From: an uncultured Bacteroidota bacterium
GTDB taxonomy: Bacteria; Bacteroidota; Bacteroidia; Bacteroidales; WCHB1-69
Reading direction: 5' to 3'
Length of the DNA stretch: 64,000 nucleotides
NCBI GenBank assembly: GCA_942493315.1
Contig: OW818690.1
Location: 2,759,275 to 2,823,274 of the forward strand
A model generated the notes under the pieces. The model saw only the letters and a program-made list of their open reading frames with translations. It searched no databases and had not been told where the DNA came from. The translations under genes were made by a program, and so were the position numbers. Shown one piece after another: positions 57,712 to 64,000 of this stretch (position 1 is its first letter; each line of letters opens with the position of its first letter).

Positions 57712-57874
57712 GCGTTAGGACGGAGCCGAGAAAGCCCGCAAAGGAGGAAGCCGATGTGATGCAGGGAGGAAAAGAGCGAACTTGTGAGCTCCTTTTACGA
57801 CCATGCAGTCACACGGCTTACGACTGCGGACTTGAAGGCGGAGACCGACGGCGAGCCTGCGAGCCGGAACGCCC
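57712..57874 (-). repeat. GC-rich structured element, copy F (reverse orientation, divergent)
   Basis: The reverse complement begins GGGCGTTCCGGC and ends CCGTCCTAACGC, and shares GTCGGTCTCCG and the AGCTC...TTCGCT loop. Track ORF 57756-57938 lies on it and is judged spurious. Confidence 0.75.
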
Positions 57875-57880
57875 AAAAAA

Positions 57881-57969
57881 GACTAAAGACAAAGGACGAA
57901 GGACAAAAGTCAAATTAAAAATGAAAAATGAAAAATGAAAAATGAGAAAAACCCAAGACCCAAAACCCA
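57881..57969. repeat. Short tandem repeats (AAGGACR units, AAAAATG x4, CCCAAGA/CCCAAAA)
   Basis: Read directly. Confidence 0.85.
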
Positions 57970-58042
57970 GAAATTAATTCCGTGAATAGTGCGTATTGAT
58001 ATTTTTATATACTTAGATGGGGAATAATTCACCATTTTTTCG

Positions 58043-58050
58043 TAATTTTG
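58043..58050 (+). promoter_or_regulatory. -7 promoter box TAATTTTG upstream of thrS
   Basis: TAnnTTTG followed by CAAA, 26 nt before ATG 58076. Confidence 0.5.
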
Positions 58051-58075
58051 CAAACTTATTAAAATTATATACAAG

Positions 58076-60013
58076 ATGATAAATATTACACTACCTGACG
58101 GGTCAAAAAAGCAGTTTGAAAGCGGCGTTACTCCCTACCAAATTGCACTAAGTATTAGCGAAGGACTTGCTCGTAACGTTCTAGCAGCTAAAGTGGATGA
58201 TAAAGTTGTTTCTCTGAATTATGAGATCACAACCGATTGTAATTTTAAGCTGTTCACGTGGGAAAATCCTGAAGGTAAAGCAACCTACTGGCACTCATCA
58301 TCTCATATCATGGCCGCCGCTATCGAACAACTCTATCCCGGAGTTAAATTTGGTATCGGTCCTGACATCGAAAACGGATTCTATTACGATATAGATTTTA
58401 TGGACTATTCCATCTCTTCTGATGACTTCCCTAAAATTGAAGCAAAAATGATGGAGATCATCCAAACTAAAGCTCAATTCGAAAGAAAAGAGGTTACTAA
58501 AGCCGAAGCTATCGAATATTTTACTAAAAAAGGGGACGAATATAAACTGGAACTCATCAGCGCATTGGAAGATGGAACCATCACCTTCTATCAAACCGGT
58601 GATTTTACTGACTTATGTAGAGGACCACACTTATTCAACACAGCAAGCATTAAAGCGGTTAAGTTGTTGAATACTGCCGGTGCTTACTGGAGAGGCGACG
58701 AGAAAAGAAAACAGCTTACCCGTATCTACGGAATCTCTTTCCCTAAGAAAAAAGACTTAGATGATTATCTACTTATGCTTGAAGAAGCTAAGAAAAGAGA
58801 TCATAGAAAACTAGGTAAAGAAATGGAACTTTTCGCATTCTCACCTAAAGTGGGTATGGGTTTACCATTGTGGTTACCTCGTGGAACTCAATTGAGAGAT
58901 CGCTTAGAGCAATTCTTGAAGAAAATCCAGAAAAAATATGGATACCAACAAGTTATGTGTCCACATATCGGTGATGTAAACTTGTATAAAACATCCGGAC
59001 ACTACCAAAAATATGGTGCAGATTCATTCCATCCAATCACTACTCCTCAAGAAGGGGAAAGTTTTATGTTGAAACCTATGAACTGCCCTCACCACTGTGA
59101 AATCTACTCTGTTAAACCTAGATCTTACCGTGATCTTCCGATCAGAATCGCTGAATTCGGAACCGTTTACCGTTACGAACAAAGTGGTGAATTACATGGG
59201 TTGACAAGGGTTAGAGGTTTTACTCAGGATGATGCCCATATTTTCTGTACTCCTGATCAATTAAAAGATGAATTTTGTAAGGTTATCGATATCATCCTTT
59301 ACATCTTTAAAGTGTTGAATTTCGAAAACTTCACAGCTCAGATTTCATTAAGAGACCCTAATAACAAAGAAAAATACATCGGTTCTGACGAAAACTGGGA
59401 AAAAGCAGAAAGAGCGATCATCGAATCGGCTGCTGAAAGAGGCTTGAATACCACTACAGAAACAGGTGAAGCTGCTTTCTATGGTCCAAAATTGGACTTT
59501 ATGGTAAAAGATGCCTTAGGAAGAAAATGGCAGCTAGGAACTGTTCAGGTAGACTACAACCTTCCCGAACGTTTTGAATTGGAATATATTGATGCTGATC
59601 AACTAAAACGTCGTCCAATCATGATTCACAGAGCACCATTTGGTTCTATGGAACGTTTTGTGGCTGTTTTATTAGAGCATACTGCTGGTCGTTTCCCATT
59701 GTGGCTAACTCCTGAACAAGTGATTGTGCTTCCTATCAGTGAGAAATATCATGATTATGCTATGAAAGTGAAAGAGATCTTAGAAGAACAAGAGATTCGT
59801 ACTATTGTTGATGAGAGAGCTGAAAAAGCAGGTAAAAAGGTTCGTGATGCAGAAATGAAAAAGATACCATTTATGGTGATTGTAGGAGAAAAAGAGGAAA
59901 ATGATAGAACGGTATCAGTAAGAGAACACGGACAAGGAGACATGGGAACACTATCAATTAGCGATTTTGTAACGATGATCAATAAAAAAATTGCAACAGA
60001 ATTAGAATCATAA
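58076..60013 (+). CDS. thrS: Threonine--tRNA ligase
   Basis: TGS domain start ([10 protein letters not shown]...). Class II motifs ([32 protein letters not shown]). C-terminal anticodon-binding domain. Confidence 0.97.
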   Translation: MINITLPDGSKKQFESGVTPYQIALSISEGLARNVLAAKVDDKVVSLNYEITTDCNFKLFTWENPEGKATYWHSSSHIMAAAIEQLYPGVKFGIGPDIENGFYYDIDFMDYSISSDDFPKIEAKMMEIIQTKAQFERKEVTKAEAIEYFTKKGDEYKLELISALEDGTITFYQTGDFTDLCRGPHLFNTASIKAVKLLNTAGAYWRGDEKRKQLTRIYGISFPKKKDLDDYLLMLEEAKKRDHRKLGKEMELFAFSPKVGMGLPLWLPRGTQLRDRLEQFLKKIQKKYGYQQVMCPHIGDVNLYKTSGHYQKYGADSFHPITTPQEGESFMLKPMNCPHHCEIYSVKPRSYRDLPIRIAEFGTVYRYEQSGELHGLTRVRGFTQDDAHIFCTPDQLKDEFCKVIDIILYIFKVLNFENFTAQISLRDPNNKEKYIGSDENWEKAERAIIESAAERGLNTTTETGEAAFYGPKLDFMVKDALGRKWQLGTVQVDYNLPERFELEYIDADQLKRRPIMIHRAPFGSMERFVAVLLEHTAGRFPLWLTPEQVIVLPISEKYHDYAMKVKEILEEQEIRTIVDERAEKAGKKVRDAEMKKIPFMVIVGEKEENDRTVSVREHGQGDMGTLSISDFVTMINKKIATELES

Positions 60014-60028
60014 AGAGAGAGAACAATT

Positions 60029-61363
60029 ATGTTTGAAAGTTTAAGCAACAAACTCGACAGAGCTTTTAAAGTCCTAAAAGGACAAGGATACATTACGGAA
60101 ATCAACGTCGCAGAGACCATGAAAGAGGTGCGTAAAGCCCTTTTGGATGCCGACGTAAACTATAAAATTGCTAAAGATTTTACAGACAATGTAAAAAAGA
60201 AAGCACTCGGACAAAACGTTTTGAAAGCGGTTTCTCCCAGTCAATTATTGGTAAAGATCACGTATGATGAGTTGATTGAATTGATGGGAAAATCATCTGA
60301 AGATATCAACATCAAATCAAATCCATCCATCATTTTGATGGCCGGTTTGCAAGGTTCCGGTAAAACAACACATTCAGCAAAGTTAGCCAAACTGTTGAAA
60401 ACCAAAAGAAATAAGAAAGTACTTTTGGTTGCTTGTGACGTTTATCGTCCAGCAGCAATTGACCAGTTAAAAGTGTTAGGAGAACAAATTGAAGTAGAAG
60501 TATTTACAGATCCAAACTCTAAAAGCCCGGTTGATATTGCCAAAAAAGCGGTTGCACATGCTAAAGATTGGGGACACCAGGTGGTGATCATCGATACTGC
60601 GGGTCGTTTGGCCATTGATGAGATGATGATGGAAGAGATCGGCAACATCAAAAAAGCCGTGAATCCTCACGAAATCTTGTTTGTTGTGGATGCAATGACA
60701 GGTCAGGATGCTATCAATACTGCTAAAGCTTTCAATGATAGACTCAATTTTGACGGAGTTATCCTAACCAAAATGGATGGAGACACCCGAGGTGGGGCAG
60801 CGATCTCTATTAGAGCTGTTGTTAACAAACCAATCAAATATATTGGAGTTGGTGAAAAAATGGAAGCCTTAGATGTTTTCCACCCTGATCGTTTAGCTGA
60901 AAGGATCTTAGGGATGGGAGACATCAGATCTTTTGTTGAGAAAGCGCAAGAACAATTTGATGAAGAGGAAGCGATTAAACTTCAAAAGAAACTAGCTAAA
61001 AACCAATTTGACTTCAATGACTTTCTAGCACAGATTGCCCAAATCAAAAAGATGGGTAATATCAAAGATATGATGGGCATGATCCCAGGAATGGGAAAAG
61101 CAATCAAGGATATGGATATTGACGACAACGCCTTTAAAGGAGTTGAAGCGATCATTTTATCCATGACCCCTCAGGAAAGAACCAACCCTGATATCTTAAA
61201 CGGAAGCAGAAAGAAAAGAATAGCTATTGGTAGCGGATCTGATATTCAAGAAGTTAACAGATTGATAAAACAATTTGAAGATACCCGAAAAATGATGAAA
61301 ATGGTGAACAGTGGCAAAGCGAAAAACTTAATGCAAGCGCTATCTGCTCCCGGAAGAAGATAA
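60029..61363 (+). CDS. ffh: Signal recognition particle protein Ffh
   Basis: MFESLSNKLDRAFKVLKG start. GTPase G1 GLQGSGKTT, DTAGR and TKMDGD. Met-rich M domain. Confidence 0.97.
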   Translation: MFESLSNKLDRAFKVLKGQGYITEINVAETMKEVRKALLDADVNYKIAKDFTDNVKKKALGQNVLKAVSPSQLLVKITYDELIELMGKSSEDINIKSNPSIILMAGLQGSGKTTHSAKLAKLLKTKRNKKVLLVACDVYRPAAIDQLKVLGEQIEVEVFTDPNSKSPVDIAKKAVAHAKDWGHQVVIIDTAGRLAIDEMMMEEIGNIKKAVNPHEILFVVDAMTGQDAINTAKAFNDRLNFDGVILTKMDGDTRGGAAISIRAVVNKPIKYIGVGEKMEALDVFHPDRLAERILGMGDIRSFVEKAQEQFDEEEAIKLQKKLAKNQFDFNDFLAQIAQIKKMGNIKDMMGMIPGMGKAIKDMDIDDNAFKGVEAIILSMTPQERTNPDILNGSRKKRIAIGSGSDIQEVNRLIKQFEDTRKMMKMVNSGKAKNLMQALSAPGRR

Positions 61364-61381
61364 TAATCAAGTTTTTAATTC

Positions 61382-62395
61382 ATGGAAACAACTAAAAAAA
61401 CACCCCTAATTTTAGACGGGAGACAAATAGCTGCCGATATTAAAAAAGAGATCGCGATACAGGTTGAAAAAATCTTAGATTCAGGAAAAGAAGCACCCCA
61501 TTTAGCTGCAATCATTGTTGGAGAAGATGGTGCTTCTAAAACTTATGTGGAGAGTATCGAAAGAAATGCCAAAGAGGTAGGATTTATCAGCTCCATTTAT
61601 CAATTTCCTTCAAAATTCACTGAAAATGAATTGATTGAAGTGATAGAATTTATCAATCGTGACGAAGAGATTGACGGTTACATCATCCAACTTCCCCTAC
61701 CCGATCATATTTCAGTAGATCACATCATCAATCATGTGAATCCTATGAAAGATGTGGATTGTTTTCATCCTGCCAACATGGGAAATTTAGTGTTAGGTAA
61801 AGAAACCTTCTTACCAGCTACTCCTCATGCTTGTATGGAGATCTTAAAACGTTACCATATCGAAGTTGCCGGAAAAAACTGTGTGGTTGTAGGTAGAAGT
61901 AACATCGTAGGTAAACCATTGGCTCTTTTATTATCTCAAAATAGTGCTGATGCTAATGGAACTGTAACGATAACTCACAGCAAGACCCAAAACTTGAAAG
62001 AGGTTTGCAAACAAGCCGATATCCTGTTGGTTGCCATCGGAAAACCTGAAATGATCACAAAAGAGTATGTGAAAGAGGGTGCAACTGTGATCGATGTAGG
62101 CATTCATCGTATTGAAGACAAAAAATCGGAAAAAGGATACAAAATTGTAGGCGATGTGAAACATGATGAAGTGGATCCTATCTGTTCTGCTGTTACTCCT
62201 GTTCCGGGTGGTGTTGGCGCTGTAACGATGAGTTGTTTGTTACTCAATACCTTAAAAGCTTACACGTTAACGCGTGGTTCTATCGAAAATTTAATTGCAG
62301 ATCACCCTATTGATGAAGAGATCATCGAAGAGGATCACGATCACCACCATCATGACCATGACCACGATCATTGTGGCTGTGGCTCAGATCATTAA
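61382..62395 (+). CDS. folD: Bifunctional methylenetetrahydrofolate dehydrogenase/cyclohydrolase with a C-terminal His/Asp/Cys-rich tail
   Basis: FolD motifs (ILDGR, VGEDGASKTYV, GRSNIVGKP, PVPGGVGAVT). Extra tail of about 40 aa ending EEDHDHHHHDHDHDHCGCGSDH. Confidence 0.92.
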   Translation: METTKKTPLILDGRQIAADIKKEIAIQVEKILDSGKEAPHLAAIIVGEDGASKTYVESIERNAKEVGFISSIYQFPSKFTENELIEVIEFINRDEEIDGYIIQLPLPDHISVDHIINHVNPMKDVDCFHPANMGNLVLGKETFLPATPHACMEILKRYHIEVAGKNCVVVGRSNIVGKPLALLLSQNSADANGTVTITHSKTQNLKEVCKQADILLVAIGKPEMITKEYVKEGATVIDVGIHRIEDKKSEKGYKIVGDVKHDEVDPICSAVTPVPGGVGAVTMSCLLLNTLKAYTLTRGSIENLIADHPIDEEIIEEDHDHHHHDHDHDHCGCGSDH

Positions 62396-62437
62396 TTCAT
62401 ATTGAGTCAATATTGATTGACCTAATACCCATTTTTT

Positions 62438-63430
62438 ATGAAAAAAAAGATATTATATGGTACTTTAATCACACTGGGTATCATTGTTATTATCTTTTTG
62501 TTAGGCCCAAAACCAACAAAACCCGAATACAATACTCAATTACCTGAGATTTCTGTTGATTTAGACCATTTAGATAGCTTAATTGCCCATAAAGAGGCAC
62601 AATACCGGATAAAACCGGATAATCAGAGTCGGATTATTTGGGCAAATGACAGTATTAAACAAAAAACAGAATGGGTATTGCTCTATTTACACGGCTTTTC
62701 AGCGTCCTGGTTTGAAGGATCTGACCTCAATCTTGATTTTGCCACCAGATACGGCTGTAATGCCTATTTTCCCAGATTAGCAGATCATGGATTGGTAACT
62801 GATGATCCATTACTTCACATGGCTCCCGATTCCTTATGGAACTCAGCCAAGGAAGCATTGGTTATTGCCCGCCAATTAGGTCATAAAGTGATGATTATGA
62901 GCACTTCAACAGGTGGAACCCTCTCATTAAAATTAGCTGCAGAATATCCTGAATTAGTAGATGGTTTGATTCTTTATTCTCCCAATATTAAAATCAACGC
63001 CCCCACTACCCTATTGACCAAACCTTGGGGATTACAGATTGCACGTTTATTATTCAAAGGAAAATATAGAACAATAACAGAAGATTTTGAGTGTCCTGAG
63101 TGTAAGTATTGGTTCTGTAAATATCGTTTGGAAGCAGTTGTTTATTTACAACAATTGGTGTCAACCACAATGACCAAAGAAACCTTTCAAAAAGTAAAAT
63201 GTCCGGTTTTTTTGGGGTATTATTATAAAGATAAAAAAAATCAGGATCCTGTTGTAAAAGTAAGTGCAGAACTGAAAATGTTTGAACAATTAGGGACTCA
63301 TGAAAAACAAAAAATCAAGAAAGGGTTTCCGGATGCGGGAGTTCATGTTATTGCTAACTCATTATTTTCCAAAGATTATAAATCTGTAGCTGCTGAAACT
63401 TTCCGATTTGCCGATTCTCTAATGAAATAA
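62438..63430 (+). CDS. Alpha/beta hydrolase fold protein (membrane-anchored)
   Basis: N-terminal TM segment. LYLHGFSAS oxyanion region, nucleophile elbow-like MSTSTGG, and a C-terminal His context (AGVHV). Confidence 0.65.
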   Translation: MKKKILYGTLITLGIIVIIFLLGPKPTKPEYNTQLPEISVDLDHLDSLIAHKEAQYRIKPDNQSRIIWANDSIKQKTEWVLLYLHGFSASWFEGSDLNLDFATRYGCNAYFPRLADHGLVTDDPLLHMAPDSLWNSAKEALVIARQLGHKVMIMSTSTGGTLSLKLAAEYPELVDGLILYSPNIKINAPTTLLTKPWGLQIARLLFKGKYRTITEDFECPECKYWFCKYRLEAVVYLQQLVSTTMTKETFQKVKCPVFLGYYYKDKKNQDPVVKVSAELKMFEQLGTHEKQKIKKGFPDAGVHVIANSLFSKDYKSVAAETFRFADSLMK

Positions 63431-63449
63431 GAAAAACAAAATAGAATTC

Positions 63450-64000
63450 ATGATAACAAAATTAACCAAAGAAGAGATTATCCAATTGCTGCAGAGCACC
63501 GGCGATGAACGGACTGCCCTATTTGAAAGATCTGCTAAGATTAAAGAGGAGACAGTTGGAAATCTGGTTTATTTGCGAGGATTGGTTGAATTCTCCAATT
63601 ATTGCAGTAAAGATTGCTTCTATTGCGGTATTAGAAAATCAAATAGAAATACGGAACGATACAACATCAGTGATGAAGAGATTGTTGATGCAGCGAAGTT
63701 TGCGTATGAGAACAAATATGGATCGATTGTGCTTCAATCGGGTGAATTAAAGAGTCCAGCCTTCACCAAAAGGATCACCAATTTAATTAAACTAATACAT
63801 CAAGAAACCGATCCAAGACTCAGAATCACATTATCTTGCGGCGAACAAACAAAAGAAACTTATCAGGAGTGGTTTGATGCGGGAGCTAAAAGATTCTTAT
63901 TAAGAATCGAATCCTCAAATCCGGAATTATATGTTAAATTACACCCACAAAACAAACTTCATTCATTTGAAGAACGAGTAAAATGTATCGACTATTTGCA
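63450..64000 (+). CDS. Radical SAM protein, HydE/biotin-synthase-like (5' partial, runs off the window)
   Basis: Not in the ORF track because it has no stop inside the window. My translation from ATG 63450 gives MITKLTKEEIIQLL...VEFSNYCSKDCFYCGIRKSN (CxxxCxxC radical SAM cluster) ...LQSGE...RFLLRIESSNPELY, open to position 64000. Confidence 0.75.
   Translation, partial: MITKLTKEEIIQLLQSTGDERTALFERSAKIKEETVGNLVYLRGLVEFSNYCSKDCFYCGIRKSNRNTERYNISDEEIVDAAKFAYENKYGSIVLQSGELKSPAFTKRITNLIKLIHQETDPRLRITLSCGEQTKETYQEWFDAGAKRFLLRIESSNPELYVKLHPQNKLHSFEERVKCIDYL

Overview
AT-rich Bacteroidota chromosomal segment. The phylum call rests on type IX secretion (T9SS) C-terminal sorting domains on two secreted proteins, TAnnTTTG -7 promoter boxes before many genes, and a FISUMP lipoprotein. 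No rRNA, tRNA, CRISPR array or cas gene was seen. The backbone is housekeeping and metabolic: gyrA, thrS, ffh, folD, kdsB, a deoxynucleoside kinase, two tandem rhomboid proteases, an OPT transporter, polysaccharide glycosyltransferases and flippase, a 1404-aa glycogen synthase/alpha-glucan phosphorylase fusion, and scattered lysine-fermentation genes (CoA-transferase subunit A, kal, kce, and a distant orphan kamD). The unusual part is the non-coding and accessory layer. (1) An IS200-type Y1 (RAYT-like) transposase sits between inverted arrays of a 53-bp hairpin unit, and the downstream array is expanded to about 40 tandem copies (2.1 kb). This locus lies inside a 3.7-kb island with nested inverted symmetry. 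(2) A family of GC-rich 160-210 bp elements (5 full copies plus fragments) has conserved loops and compensatory stem changes. (3) An AT-rich hairpin module of 95-140 bp (7 copies plus a fragment) separates same-strand accessory genes between 43.5 and 50.5 kb and forms the long inverted ends around an IS1595-like transposase. (4) Tandem heptamer and octamer arrays with a shared vocabulary of units occur throughout, and one run lies in frame inside a SPOR-domain gene. (5) A self-promoted, very AT-rich two-gene cassette (SMC/ABC-type ATPase plus an overlapping small Cys-cluster protein) occupies the position where kamE would be expected. It is a candidate defence-like system with a partner I cannot place. 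(6) A UvrD-like helicase carries an inserted nuclease-like module and a C-terminal zinc ribbon. (7) A cobalamin riboswitch precedes a lone beta-propeller lipoprotein. All product calls come from motif recognition by eye. No database search was run.
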